DNA of 60,000 nt from Camelus dromedarius (lineage: Eukaryota), in NCBI RefSeq assembly GCF_036321535.1, contig NC_087438.1, positions 2,296,001 to 2,356,000 on the forward strand, written 5' to 3'. Under the pieces are notes generated by a model. It searched no databases. It had not been told where the DNA came from and saw only the letters and a list, made by a program, of their open reading frames with translations. The position numbers and the translations under genes were made by a program. Position 1 is the stretch's first letter. Each line of letters starts with the position of its first letter. Positions 35,561 through 49,592 of this stretch are shown here, piece by piece.

Positions 35561-38500
35561 CTATGAGTCTTTTAAAAATGTACTGTAGCAAATGGAAAAT
35601 TATCCATTACTCAATTCAGACAGATAGTTGATCTTCCCCACAAATGAAAGTAACGTGTCAATCATATAATGATGCTTGAGTAATTTTATCAAAGGGCAGG
35701 CCAATTTTATTGGGTCTACCATGGTGATGTGTCTTTGACCATAAGGATGATGTTTAAGAGTGTATAATCTTGTGATCAAAACATGTGATTTATAACATGT
35801 CACTGACAACCTTCTAACTGACTCAGGAGACCCAAAGACCCAAGGATCCCCCAAGGATCCCAGTTTCGGGTAGCTAAGGCTCCCTGACTCTAGCTTCAGC
35901 TCTTATCAGTGGCAAATAACTTGAAACCGTAAAGTAGAACCTAATATTTCCTCCAAATTTCAATGGGACTTTCTGAGAATGCATCTTTCTATGCTGTCTT
36001 CTGTGCCCCGTGAGCGAGTTTGCCCAGTGTTCCATAATTCTGCAAGCTTGGTCCACACCAGTCTCTCACTGCAGACAGAGCCATTCCCAGGGGCTCCACA
36101 GGAAAGTCCAGGCTGGATGGCTTCTCAGTCTCCACATTTCCTTGTTTCATCACTGTCTAGATTCCAGGTATCAGTTCACTGCCGCATTTTGAAATGTCCT
36201 TATTGGAGAATGAATACTCCATGTTAAATCGAGTTCACATCTCCTAGGCTTCTGTCCTTTTGACTCTGGGGACACTTGGTGATGGCTGGTGGGCATTTTG
36301 AAGGCTAACAAAGACAAGATGGATTAGACGGGCCCTGTCCCGCCGGCGCTGTCATCGACTGACTTCCGAGGGCAGTACAGACCATCAGTAGTCCGAGCTG
36401 GGCTTCAGCTGAGAGTAGTAAGACCGGAGCGGCATTTGGACTTTCTCCTTTGGATCATCTCCACCAATGTGTTTAGCTCGTAGGGAAACAAATGTCTCTA
36501 AATTCCACTTGCTCCCAAATTACTGTGTCCTGTTACTCTTATAACTGCAATTAATCATTGTAAGGAGGCGGTGATCTGCGGTCCTGACAACTGGGGTGTG
36601 ACTCAAACAGAAACGGTACCAAGTTGAAATGAATGTCTCCCGACGTGACGTTTCCTGGACGGGGGCCAAAGGGGACTGAGAGTGAAGGGGGGAGCAAAGG
36701 CCCCCTGCTGCACACTTTGGTGTGTGGTCCCCAGGCCAGAGGCGCCTCCCAAGCCCGCCTGCAGTCCGAAAAAGCCAGAGGCTGGTCAGCGCCTGCCCCT
36801 CCCGCGGAAGCCCTCGGGAGGCTCTCCAGCGCACGCCCTCGACGGCAGGCGGGGAGACAAGCTGCTCCCATAGCTACCAAGAGCCTGGGACTCATCCTGG
36901 CTTTGCAAAGTGCAAACCCCTGCACGGCAGCCACAGGAAGGTACAAAACATGTCTCCAGCTGCCTATAACAAGCAACCAGTCACAGAAGGATGCAGGGAC
37001 CAACAGAGGAAAGGCTAGGACATTCAGAAAGCCAGCAAGCTTATCATTAAGGGGAGTGGTGTGAGGTGGGTGTGTTTACCTGGACCAGCTGAGAGGCGTC
37101 TGGGGTCCTGAGCAAGCAGCCTAAGCCATGTGCACCTCAGGGAGCACAGTGGGACCCCATTTGTTTGAAATCGGGCTCTAGGATGCCTGGCTTCCTCTGT
37201 CATGGAAACGTGAGCTTCCAGGGAGCCTGGAGACGACCCCACTCACAGGAGCCTCGGGCCCACTCTGGCGGGGCGTGCGCCCGGGGTCACGGAGGCAGGG
37301 GCCGCAGCAGCGCCTCCCGAGTGGAAGAGTGTGGTTTGCCGCCTCCCACCTGCGGGGGCGCCGGCTCAGGAGGAGCTCATGTGGGTTCACAGCCAGCGGG
37401 CTGATGGGCTGAGCGTGCTCTGGCTGCGGGGCTCTCAGGCTGGACAGACAGACAGGCTGGCAGACAGACACACCCTGCCTGCTGGAGCTTTCTTCATGGT
37501 GGCCCAGATGGCTTGCTCCTGGGGAAATAAACCCCACTTTTGGTTTTTGCATTTCGGTGAAGAGAATACTGCGTTTGTGGGGCTGCTTTTAAAGCCAGAT
37601 GACCAACTCACAGATGCCTGACGCAACAGACGGGCCACCATAACCACAGAACTGATAAGATGCCGTGAAGCGCTCAACCATCCTAACGGGACTCCCGTGT
37701 GTATCTGGACCATGGGCGTCCCCGGGACGCGTTCTGTCCAGTGAACCCCAGGTCTCATCGCTGCTGAGATCTGGGGGAGCCCTGGGCTCTGAAAAGCCAG
37801 CTCTGTGGTCTCCGGGAACTGCCCCATCTACACGCAGGGTGAGCCGCTGGCTTCTGGAGCATCCGCCCGGGGGACGCTGTCTCTGACGTCCCCTCTGGAC
37901 CTCAGCTCTGCCTGTCAGCTGTGTTCTGGGTCCTGCAGAGATGGCTTTTCCCCCAAGGCAAGAACACTCGCTTTAACTTTCAACCCTAGAGCCACCTAGG
38001 GGCATTGAGCTGCTTATGTTTTTGAAAGACGAGAAAGAATATGAGAAAAAAGCGAGAAGCCCGAGGAAGAGGAGTGTACGGAGCCTGAGGAGAGGGGAGG
38101 AGTGGAAGGACATTGGTCTGAGTTTCAGGGAAGACCCGTGTCCCCACATCACGTGTAGGAGCAAAACGCGGAGTCAGCGTCAAGGTCAGAGGAAAAGAGT
38201 AAGCGGATTTCGATCCACCCGCCCAGTGGGAAACACACAAGCATTCAAACGCAAGTTCCAAAACTGTCTGAGGATATGAACATGTCTACATGGCAACACT
38301 GAGTGACAAGAGGGGAATACTGACTCACCTGATACCAATCCTGGAAACACACAGATGTAGCCGCCTTTCTGGGCTGATCCACGTGTACACTGGAAAAAGC
38401 CTGGGGAGAAATTTGCAGAAATATTGTGTCTTTCCTAATAAATGGAGAGATACTGTTGACTTATGTTTTTCTTCAATACTTACATGAATTTCAGACTTTT

Positions 38501-39719
38501 TTTACTGAGAGAGAAAAATTTTGTAATGAAAAAACATGTAAGAATGCAAATATTTTTGGAATAAATTCCACTTCAAGTTATGAAGTTAGTTAAACTATGT
38601 CCCCGTGCGATGTGGCCTTGGGCTCCGAATGCACTTCACTATCAGACCTGAGTCTCGGGTGTGTGTTCCAGGCCGTGGACGCGGGTGCAGAGAGAACACG
38701 TGGAGATCATGTCCCTATGCACTCTCACACCCTGTGCGGGAGGCGGGGGCGAGGACAGGCAACAGCGCTCACGAGACTTTAGGAAGTTAAAAATAAAGAG
38801 CTGCAGAGCCCAGATGCTACTTGGAGGTGAAAATCTGCCTCATATAGGCACACTTAGACCTGAAGACGTGTGTCCTGAGAGGCCAACATGCGTGGACCCC
38901 ATTAAGGTCTAGTCTCATAGAGGATTAACCACACGAAGCACCTCCGTGTCTTTGTCTGCCTAGAGCAGAACCCCCCCAGTGGAAATGGCCAGGTCCCCCA
39001 TCCCCAAACCTGAAACAGTCAACAGGCTTATGTCTCTGATGAAATCCTCCAATGACATTCTCCAGTTTCTCAAATTAAGATTATGAAAATGAATGTTTTG
39101 GCTGTAAAATGAATTTTTGGAAGAGCTTAAGCAAGAGACCGAGGTGCAGAATCGGCAGGCAGCCTGGGGAAGGCCTCCCCACCCTGTATTTGCAGGGAGT
39201 CCCACCCATGCCTGTGGAACCACCACGGTGGCCCAGTGAGGATGCCGGATGCCCTGGGTTTGGCAGTAACTCCCCAGGGCAAGAAACAGCGCCGCTGACG
39301 ACTGTAGGACGTCGGGTCTGATAAGTCAACTACAATTGCCTTTTTAAAAATGTACCTTTTTCACTCCTCCCTCATCGCCGTCGTTCTGGAAGCCCTCCTC
39401 TGTGTGGTCCGTCAAAGTACTGGCACAGGTGATTATTTCACACTCAGCGCTGATGACAAACGAGCCAGGCAGTGTGACAGAAGGTGCGTCGGCACGCGGA
39501 CCTGGAGCCCAGGTTGTGTTGTGGCTTTTGTCTCTACCGAGCGGGGCGGCCTGGGGTGACCACTCATCTCTCTGTGATGTCTTAGCTTAGGACAAGCCAT
39601 GGTTGTCAGGACCACCACTCTCCCGGGGGCTCGGCCTACAAAGCGTGGGGCACTCGCTTTCCCTCAGCCCCGGCCTGCCGGCAAGCCCGCTAACCCTCCT
39701 TCCAGCGTCTCCCTCTAAT

Positions 39720-39950
39720 CTCACTTCTGGCCCTTTGCTCAGTCACCACCCTGTCCGCCTGCTGTCACCTGGATAACTGCAAAAGCCGTTTAACCTCTCC
39801 TGCTGCCCGGCTACGAAATGGTGAAGGCAGCCAGGGACGGCTTCTCAAAATCCAGGTTATAGCACCTCGTCCCACCAACGGGAGCTGCCAACGGCTGTCA
39901 CGTGCCCCAAACTAAATAAACCCCTGTGTGTTTCACCCTGGTCTACAAGA
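39720..39950 (+). mobile_element. Probable L2 fragment
   Basis: tcacctggataactgcaaaagcc...ccagggacggcttctcaaaatccaggttatagcac resembles decayed L2. Confidence 0.4.
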
Positions 39951-40193
39951 CAGAGCATCGAGTGTGCGTCTCACACGCGGGAGAAAAGCCAGTCCCTGAC
40001 AGCCATCAGCTGCTCAGGTCGTCGCCCAGTCTTGTGTATGTTGATAACTGACGTGTTTGAACGTTCGACTCCTGACGGAAGAGGTACCATTCTCACTCCC
40101 ACTCCCCAGACGAGGATGAAGAAACAGATGAAGACAGGAAGTGACCAGCGCAGGTGACGCACTTTATGGATGGTGGGATTCAGTTCAAACCGT

Positions 40194-40505
40194 TGCAGGT
40201 CGGGGTCCTGGGGAGTGGATGCCGAGATGCAGATGAGGATGGAGGAAGCCCTCTAGGGAGAGACGTCTAGAGAGGGAGGGGCAGGCAGCCTCAGGGACTC
40301 GAAAGGTGCTCACAGGTGTGGGAGAGTGGGCTCAGCTTTTGCGCCTTCACTATAACCAGCAATAGGACCCCAAGAAGAGGGTGTGACCTGGGTGACGTCC
40401 TCTCCAGCCAGGCGATTCCCAGAGAGTCTGTCTGCAGGGCTCAGTAACTGGGGGGAGGTCCTCCAGTCCTCGCCAGGCATCTGAGAAGCATCACTGTGTC
40501 CAGCA
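40194..40505 (-). mobile_element. Probable ERVL solo LTR (LTR16-like)
   Basis: gttgcaggtcggggtcctgggagtggatgccgagatgcagat... resembles an LTR16-family end. Decayed. Confidence 0.45.
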
Positions 40506-43047
40506 GGGACCCCACGCTGGGGGCTGCCGACCCTCCTGTGACCCCAGTGCTGAGCACACAGGCTCCTCTGATGTCGGGGTTAGCAGGGAAACCTGCCCGG
40601 GGCTCCACTCGAGGGGCAGAGTGGCCGCACAGGTCTGTGTGTCTGTTTAATAGAGTCATAACCCTTTTCTCCAGAACCACCTGGCTGCCTCTCACGTCTT
40701 CTCACATTATTAACAGAAACAACTCGCCTCTTTTCCTGGGGAAATTTAAGGATTAATAAGGAGAGTTGAGAGGTGTGATTGGGTCGTTGGCATCAAGCAG
40801 CCTTCGCCTGGGGAAACGGGACCTTCCACTGATGAGATGGATTTGAGTTTCCTGTAGACATGCCCAAGGCCGTTTCTGTCCGGCTTTCATGGTGAGTTAT
40901 GTTCTCTGGGTCCAGGGAAGGGAAGAAGATGGCTCAGGAGGTTAAAAGGAGCGGAGGGGAAAATTGATTTTTCCATCCAAAGTGTCACTGTGCATTGATG
41001 GCGGACTGCGGTAAGATTCTGAAAGCTCAAGTTCTGTGTCCGCTGTGGTCAGCTGGAAATTGTGCAGCTTCTTTTTCCAGTGAAAAGATCAGGATTAATT
41101 AGCTGGCTAAACATGCTTTTATAGAATGGGATTCTCTGTAGCTACAAATGGAAATTGTAGCAGCTCACCATGACGGCCTCCGCAGACGCCGAACGTAAAT
41201 AAGACGGGACGCTGTGGCTGGAGAGCAGTTTGAGTGGAAAGTGGACAACGGTCGGCCCAGTGGGCTGACCGGGGCCCGCTGCCCTCGGGACGACAGTGTG
41301 TGTCCCCCGGGGGACGACAGAGCTTTCCTCACACTACCTGGTCCTCAGGGCTGGCGCTCGGATGAAGAGGTGGGTGGTCAGGCTTGGGTGACTCCGGATT
41401 CCCGTGCCGAGACTCAGGGTGGGACTTGGGGCTGCGTCTCGAGGCTGTGTTTCCACGGCAAAAACGTTGTTTTGTTTGCTTTCATTTGGGAATTTGGGGG
41501 GAAGCTGATGGAGATCTGAGGGACTCCAGCTCCCCTCCCTCTGCTCCCTGCTGCTGCCCTGGGAACGGTGTCTCCAGACCCCCGAGGCTTTATTTGCACG
41601 CGTGGGCTGACTGGCAAGGAGACCGAGCACCTCCCGGGAGCACTGCCATCTCCCTCCTGGGCCGCCTCCATGTCACAGCCGCGCACCTGGGTGAGTAGCC
41701 CGGATGTCGACCAGCCTCCTGCATCTTTCCCCGGTTCTACTGAGATAGTGTCGGCATGACGCGCCTCCTCTGGGCTTTGAATGACCTGACCGCCAGGCCC
41801 TCCTGTCACCTCAGGTCTGCCCCTCTGGACCACGGCTGGGCTTGGCAGCCACCTCCTCCATCACCCTCACTGGACGGCTCTGAGACAGTGTGGGACCATG
41901 GTTTGTCTGCAAGTAATGATGTCTTCCTCAGCACGCCAGACAACTCTTAAATTTATTTTCTCTGAAATGTGCCAAAAAGCAGCCCTGAGTTCTATTTCCA
42001 ATAAAGTCTGTTTTCTGGAAGTAATTTCATCCTGAGTGGACGAACACACTCACACAGATTCCCACCCCCCGGCTCCCCCAGGCTTTGTAACTTGCTCCCT
42101 TTTCTGCGGGGAGACGGAGGCCCGGACCCGGGCGAGAGGCGGCACCCGCGGGCGCACACTTATCGTGAGCACGTGGGCCCCGCAGGCGCCCGACGGGGAC
42201 CCGCAGGGCGCGTGGCTGTGGGAGCCCCGGGAGGAGCTCACGGAAGGAGCCGATTCATTCAGAGCCTTTTAGGGCCTGAAAGGCGTAAGGTTTCTGAAGA
42301 GCCCTGTAAGGTGTGTCAGGTGGAAGCAACCAAAAAACACGCTCAGTCCCAGCTGAAAACAGGCCCTGAGCTCGGCGGCTACTGAGACGCAACGCGGCCG
42401 GCCTGACGCCGACGTCGGAGGCGCGCGCCTCCTCTGGTTTGTTGTCTCATTTCTAAAAGTGGTCCAAGATGCCTGCAGTAAAGACATATCCCAAAAGGGT
42501 GACAAATAAGCTCAGGGACGTGGGAGGTAGAAGCCAACGCACCAGCACCGAGGTTTACTGCAGGCACCGGGGAGTGGGCCCAAATTGGGAGGAAAAAAGG
42601 AGACAGGACATAGGACCCGCTCATTCAGCTAACCTTTAAACTCTGCTCCGTCCTGGGCTCAGGGCCCGCGATGTGGGTGGGGACACAGAAGGACTCATTT
42701 GTCTGCGGTTCATCCTCCAGTCTCCCCGTTTCCCCGAAGCAAATCTGACTTGGCTTAACCACATGGACGACTTACGGTGGGGACTCTAGAATTGTATGCA
42801 GGAGATCAGGGATGGTGTAGTTTCCCTGAAATTTAGAACAGGTGAGCCTCACCGCCTTGGCCTCGGAAGACCCCCAGTGCTGCGTCCCTGAGCACGTGGC
42901 TGTGAGGGACGGGTGCTGGCGGTGCATCTCACTTTTCCGTGGAACGCACACACAGATGTTGGAGAACGCTCTGTCTCTGCTTAGGACTTACAGCACGATT
43001 TGTGTAATTAAAGGAGTTTTAAAAGACCTGGTGGAAAGTGTGGACTC

Positions 43048-43218
43048 TGGGTAGTAATGACCGGCCCATGCAGACTCGTGGATGACAGCCGCTTCGCTCT
43101 GGTGGGGTGTGGATTGTGGGGAGGGCGGGGCATGAGTGCGGCGGGGCGTGTGGGAAGGCTCGGCACTGCCCCCCAAGTTTGCGGTGAACTCAAGTTGCTC
43201 TAAAACAGAAAGTCTACT
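43048..43218 (+). mobile_element. Old L1 (L1MC-like) 3' end fragment
   Basis: ggactctgggtagtaatga...gtgaactcaagttgctctaaaacagaaagtcta follows the L1MC 3' terminus. Confidence 0.65.
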
Positions 43219-44373
43219 CGAATGCAAAAAGCAGCGACAGGGTTTCTCAACCCGAGATGCCCCGCACCATGAGCTCGGGCCTGACGTCCAGCCCTCCCCA
43301 GACGGCCTGCCCTGCGTCTCCCCTACCCGGCCCTGCTCTCAGCCACCGGACCTCAGATCTTTCCCTCACGTGTCAAAATAAACGCAGCCCCTCAGTCACA
43401 GAGCACCCCCGCCCCCCGCTGCCCGCAGACTTCACAGGTGTCCACGCCTTTCGTCTCCACGAGAGAAAAGAAGGCTGTGATCTCCACGCAGCCACGCTCC
43501 CACTTACCTGATCTGTAATGTAATTAATAGATGGCTGTGCAGAGACCAAGGTGCTTTCAAAGAGAAGGAGGCAGCTTCGTGTGAAACTTGCTGCTTTGAA
43601 TCCGTCCAGGCCTCTATCAAAGCCCGTGTGATAACTTCATGTAAATCCTGGTGCTCCGAATCCGTGTCTTTTAACCTGTACGTACCACTTTGTAACACAC
43701 TGCATTTCAAAGACACCGAAGGCTGGTCTAATTTGTATTACGGAATTAGGTTATACGCGGCAAGCAGCACGTCTTCCTGGTTTCTTAAAATTAAGATAGA
43801 AACTCGTTACAAAGACATTCATAGAGGTCTCACAGAGCCATCTCGAAAGGGCTATGACGGGGGAAGCCACGTTCTCAAGTTGAAGTCTTCTGGTTTCCTG
43901 CAGGCAGAGCCCGCTGCTGAGACTTGAATTTAGAAACTGACGTGGCAGGACCCGGCGGCCCCACCGCGAGCGCCGACAGTCACAGCTCATCACCATCTGA
44001 GCCCCCGGCGTGTTTGCTCACGGGCTCCCCTTTGTTTAATTTGAGCACATAAAACACTCACAGATTTTGTTTCATAAATATTACTGCTCCCCCCATGGGT
44101 GCATCTCAGGAGCTGTCCTGATTATTCATTTGCTGCTGGCACTGCGTTTTGACACCCTTAAATGGGAGCCAGAGGGGCCCTTACCCTGACGCTTCTTCTA
44201 AGAGAGGAAGTCAAGACGAGGTTCGAGAGGGAGCTCCACAGCCCCGCACAGCCTTCCATCCCCGTGCGGTTGATGGCCACGGCGGCCGAGTGGGAGGCCC
44301 GGACTCAGGTTTTCCTCTTCCTGACTTGCAGGTGGGTGGGGGCGAGGGGTCAGGAATACTCACTCATGCTCCA

Positions 44374-44748
44374 TGTGTGAGGGTCCCCAGCAGCTGTGAC
44401 AAAGCACCACAGCCTTGGTGACTTTCCAACATCAGACATTTGTGCTCTCAGTTCTGGAGCCAAAATCCAAAATCAATGTGTCATAGGATTGTTCTCCCCT
44501 CAAAGCCTCCAGGAGAGGGTCCCTCCTGCCTCTTCCAGCTCCTGGTAGCCCCAGGTGGCCCCAGGCTTGTGGCTACATCCCTCCAGCCTCTGCCTCTGTG
44601 TTCATGGCCTCCCCTGAGTGTCTGAGACTTGAACCTCCCTCTGACTCGCTCTTACAAGGGCGCCTGTCATTGGATTTAGGAATAACCTAAGTCCAGGATG
44701 ATCTGCATGGCACTAGGATTTATCCCCCACCCTAGTCTGCCAGCCACA
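44374..44748 (-). mobile_element. MaLR solo LTR (MLT1C/D-like)
   Basis: ctgtgacaaagcaccacag...ctcagttctggagc...cctgcctcttccagctcctggt...cattggatttagg is antisense MLT1 text. Confidence 0.78.
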
Positions 44749-45185
44749 GTTAATTAAGGTGAAAAATGGCAAAGAGTAACTCGAGTAAGGAAATGAGCAG
44801 AACACATGCAATTTGCCTAGAGCATTTGGGAATCTCCACCTGGCCTTCTGGTCCCCATTTTGGAGACAGTTCTCTGGGGGACATGGAGACGATGAGGAAT
44901 TGGGCGCTCACAGTGTGAGTGGGGGAAGGGGTGGGGCGGATAGGAAGCCAGCCCTGGGACAAGGCAGTGGCAGGCCTCAGTGTGGCCGGCACTGAGATGG
45001 AGAGGTGCTAACCGTGTTTGCTGTGTGCTCACCTGTTCCAGAATCGCACCTGCAGAGCAAAGCCAGGCTCTGTGCTCCCCGCCAAGGACAGTTACCTGGG
45101 CCACGGGGGCCTCTAAAAGCGCCCAAGAGGCAGGAGTCCTGCTCCCGGGATGTTTTCTGAGAACCACCAGTTTCCCTGTATTTTT

Positions 45186-45351
45186 TTAAACTTTTTTTTT
45201 AATTTGTATTTTTTGATTTATTTATTTCTTTGAGACAATTTAATTTTTGGCGGGGGAGGTAATCAGGTTTGTTTATTTATTTATTTAGGAGGTATTGGGG
45301 ATTGTACCCAGAACCTCCTGCATGCTAAACACACTGAGCTATGCCCGCCCC
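45186..45351 (-). mobile_element. tRNA-Ala-derived SINE (Vic-1-like, internally deleted)
   Basis: Reverse complement reads ggggcgggcatagctcagtgtgtttagcatgcaggaggttctgggtacaatccccaatacctcc followed by (taaa)n, attacctcccc and an A-rich tail. TSD ttccctg(t/c)attttt at 45172-45185 and 45354-45367. Confidence 0.85.
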
Positions 45352-48300
45352 ACTTCCCTGCATTTTTAAGCAGACACATGGGCGCCCCGGCGGGGAAGGA
45401 GAGAGTGTCCTCCTGCTGGCTTTGCTGGCGGCTGGACTTGCGCTTGGCTGGGGTCGCACCTGCCTGCGTGGCCCACTCTCTTCAGGAGACAGCGGGGCTG
45501 GCAAGGGGGCCGAGGACACTCGCGCTCCTGGGGGACCAAGGGTTTCCTTTTCTCCTAAGCCGAGGGCCACCCAGACCCCAGGACGTTGGCTCCCCAAGTC
45601 CCAGCCTCCCTCTCACACCCACGTTTTGCTGCTCTAACGAGAATCCCCTTGGACAGGCTGCACTGCTCCCATCCAGCGACACCCGCCACCTGCAGGGGAT
45701 GCCACAGGCAGTCCGGCCGCTTTTGGAAATGCCACAGCTGGTGGCCGACTCCCCGCTGCCCACCCTGGACCTGGGAGTGAGGGGTGCCCACTGGCTACAC
45801 ACCTAGAAATTCATTCTTTAACATCATAACATTCTGTCCTCAGAGATAGTCTCCATTTCATAGATTAATGGTCCAACATGAAAAGAATGGTCGTTTTCCA
45901 GGTTGGCATACTTTACATTATGTTAGAATCTAGATTTTTAAAAATCTCTCTATTCTCCTAGCAGGGGCCGTGCGCCTTCCAAAGTCCGTGCCCGTGTTCC
46001 TGAGGGCACCACCTCCTCTGAACACGGCCGGCTTGGCTGTGGCCCACAGGACTCCGGAGGGGCCTCCCCCGCCACGTCCCTTTTCCTCAAAGGCCCGAGG
46101 ATGCGGGATGCCCCCAAGCCGGGAGGGTTGGGAGGGGGTGTCCTGGTGGGCGCTGTTTCCACCGAGAGAGGTGAAGTCTTTCCAAGCTCTTAGCTCATCA
46201 GCGGGTGTTCAGCGAGCCCTCAGCCCAGAACATGCTGTTGGTAACCTGCTGCATTCTGATAAAAGACCCTTTGTGTGAAAGATAAATGTAAGTGGAGATT
46301 ATTCATTTTCAAGAAGCCTTTTTCACAGTCCGGTCTTAGCTGTTTGCAGGAGAGGTAGATGCCCTGTTTGACAGTGGAAACAGCGCAATGTCCACCTGCA
46401 GTGGTGAAGGCAGGGACCCTAGGCGGGCACTTTCCTTCCAGCCCCAAGGACACAGGCATGGCCCCCAGGGGTCCGATTGCTCCTCAGTCTCCCTGTTCAA
46501 AAAGACAAGGATCTGGGGGCCAGAGATGGGGCCTAACCTTTAGAAGGGGGTCGCTCCCTGCTCCCCTGTCCCGGCGTGAGGACCATCCACCTGCATCCAT
46601 CACATCCATCATGCTGTGGCTGAGGGGGAGGGACCGTGCAGACGTGGGTGGGAGCCCCACTGTCCCCTGTAACAGCCAGGCTTTGGGAGGGAGCTCAGCA
46701 TCCCTGAGTGTCGGGCACGCCCGCCCACCTGAGCACCAGACGGGGGACCAGAGGACTGAGCAGCAGGGCTGCTCTCAGCACAGCCGCTGGGACACCGCAG
46801 GCGTCTGATGGATGTTGGCTCCCTGCTGCATTTCGCTGTCCTCGGGGTGGAGGAGGGGGTCCTAAGAGGCCCTCACAAGGACTCTTCCGTGTGCCAGCAC
46901 ATGGTCTGTGACTCGGCAAAATCCCGGCAGTCCTCTGGAGCCTTCCCCAAGGTCTGGACTTCTAAGGAGGGCGCCAGCCAATCGCTCAGCCTGGCTTCAG
47001 GAAGTTGTCCCTGCCTGTGATGGATCCTGTCTTCTCCCCTCGCACCTGTCTTTCTGGGGGAACAGGGCCTTCAGGACCATTTGTCACTGTGAGCCATGCC
47101 TGCAGGGAGCCTGGGAAGTGAGGACTCAGCCTGGTTGGCCCCACCGAGGGGAGGTGAGCCCCGCGGCCTGGCCCTGGGCCGGTGGCTGTCAGCAGACACT
47201 TAGCTCTAATCGGAGCTTCTGTTCCGTTAGCCTCATTACTCAGCAGACGGAGGCCGCACACGGCAGCTCCTGCTCTGTCCCGGGAGCAGGAGGGGAGGCT
47301 GCCCCGGTAGGCGTAGACTGGGGCTCCCTAAGAATTGCCCTGGGCGGCTCAGAACTCAGAAGCCCACGGAAGCTCCCGATGGAACTTGGTGAGGAAGCAG
47401 AAGTGGAAGTGAGGGGAGTGGGGGCTAAGTTGGGGCTGCGGGCCGGGGCACCCCCTGGATTGCGCCAGTCTCTCCTTCATGTACCCGGAGCTGGGCTGGC
47501 CGGCGAGCACCTGTGGGCACCTCCCTTCCTGCTCCGGGCTCCAGGTGTGCCCGAGCTTCCGGTCTTTGGGGCATTTTTACCTTTCAGGAGCTGACGCTGC
47601 CCTGACTTGAGGACAACCTGATCTTGTGCCACTTGGAGCAGTAACAGTCCCTCTGCCAGGAAGTCAGCGAGAACAGAAACAAACCTCCCCTATTCCGAAG
47701 GCCCGGCACAGACGCGGCTGCTTTGGTTGGGAGACAACCAAGCTCCCGTGCCAGGAAAGGCTGAGCGGTGCGCTCCCGCCCTGCCTGGGGGCAGCCTCAC
47801 CGGCGGGGCTGGCCCTGCGGGCGGGGGTGCTGGACTGGGAGTGGGGAGGAGGGCAGGGACAGAGGCGATGCCTTCCACTTCTGTTGAATTAATTCTCATT
47901 TTGACAGCAATTTATAACGCATTTTTGGGACATTCAGGGACATTCAAACAGTTCCAACTAAACATGAAAGCCTTGCATTGCTGTTCTGGGGATGAAAACT
48001 GAAAAGCTTTGCTACTTTTGCACAAAGTCATTATATTTTTATGACTTCAGTTAACATTTGGGGCATAAAATCCAGTCAATAACAGGTAAAAGCAGAGTCA
48101 TTTGCTCAAAAATGTTTTATGAGCATCGTTTTTGGAATGGTTGAGCTTTCCACCAGCCTCCTCCCCTCCGCTGACATGGCAGCCTGTGTCCTTCACAGCT
48201 CTGCCTGCTCACGGCTTCCCCCTTCCTGACTGCGTGGGGGCGTGGCTGAACCGGCCCAGCTCGCGCCATGTCAGGATGGCCCCCGCAGCCACCGTGTCTC

Positions 48301-48712
48301 GGAAGGACCGCAGTTGTATTCCAGGCTCAGCCTGCTCCGGTTGGTACTGACATCAAAGTGCAAATGTCACAGCCTCCCTGGAGGCTCCGGGCCTGCAGAC
48401 CCACCATGGTTTCATTCTTGAGTCAAGAATGGCAGGTTCCCTGCTCTTTGGTTCTTGTGGGTCCTCCCTTCCCCAGAAGGCCGTGAGAAACCCCACCCTC
48501 CTGCCCCCGTCTCAGTAATGACCGGGCATGCGGGGACATCCCCCAGAGGTGCTGGGGGACCTCCAGGACCAGGGGATGGCAGACGGTCAGGATGCCCCTA
48601 GATGTCAACTCCAGGGGCCAGCGCTCAGGGAGGGGTGTCCCAGGTGTCCCGTCCGGCCCATCGTGGACAAGAGGGAGCCGACTTCTTATAGCAACCCTGC
48701 CGGCCATGCAAG

Positions 48713-48830
48713 CCCATCTTAGAGGTGGGCAGCCTGAGGGAAAGAGCTAAGGGGCCTGCCCCAAGTCAAGCAGCCAGCAGGTGGCAGGGAAGTGTCCCCG
48801 CCAGGCTGATCCAGTGTTGAGCCGACTGCA
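48713..48830 (-). mobile_element. MIR SINE fragment
   Basis: cccatcttagaggtgggcagcctgaggg...ctgccccaagtcaagcagccagcaggtggcag. Confidence 0.5.
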
Positions 48831-49592
48831 CTCCCAGGGGCCGTCCGACCTATGTCAGCTCCACTTCAATCTCATCTGAGAAGGCAGCTGGGCTCCAAGG
48901 TCCCTGGGGAGAGGCTCCCAAGTAGGGTGCCCACTCCGCTCCCCCAAGGTGCGTCCGACTGCACCCCAGACCGGTCAGGACATCCAGGGTGGGTAGCACC
49001 CTGAACCGGGGGTGTGGGGACAGGCTTCAAAGCAACGTGTGTTGTGCCCCCACTGTGACTTTAAACTCACTCCTCAAGCAGGCTTGGCGTTCAAATTGTA
49101 ACTGCGGTTCTTTTTAGAGAGAAAGTAAAGCCGACTGCCATCATTTTGCTTCCTGCGTGGCCGTTTCCACACCAGGACCTGAGACGGCAACACACTCCTG
49201 CATTTCGATGTTTGGAACGTCCTCGGAAAGGCAGTGTCATGCCGTCCACAGCTAATACTGCCATCCCCCTACGTTTCCTTCCGAGTTGTTTATTATCACC
49301 CCTGACAGATAGTTGCTGCTTCTTTCCTGCCATTTCATTTCGGAAAAGTCCACCCTGAAATGGCTCCGTTAGGGAGGACCTGGACCACTGGGAGCACTCG
49401 GTGATAGGCGCTCCGAGGAAGCCCCCGGAGTGACGGGCAAGTCAGCCTCTCCACGTGAGACTCTCAGCCCCTACTTCTTCGTCAGCGTCGGGCTTCCTGA
49501 GCGCTCTCCGACCCTGATTTTTCACTACTTTCACCTTAATTTGAGGTTTTCTGTAATGTATAGTCTTAGGGTGTTTCTCACCTAGAGTCGGC

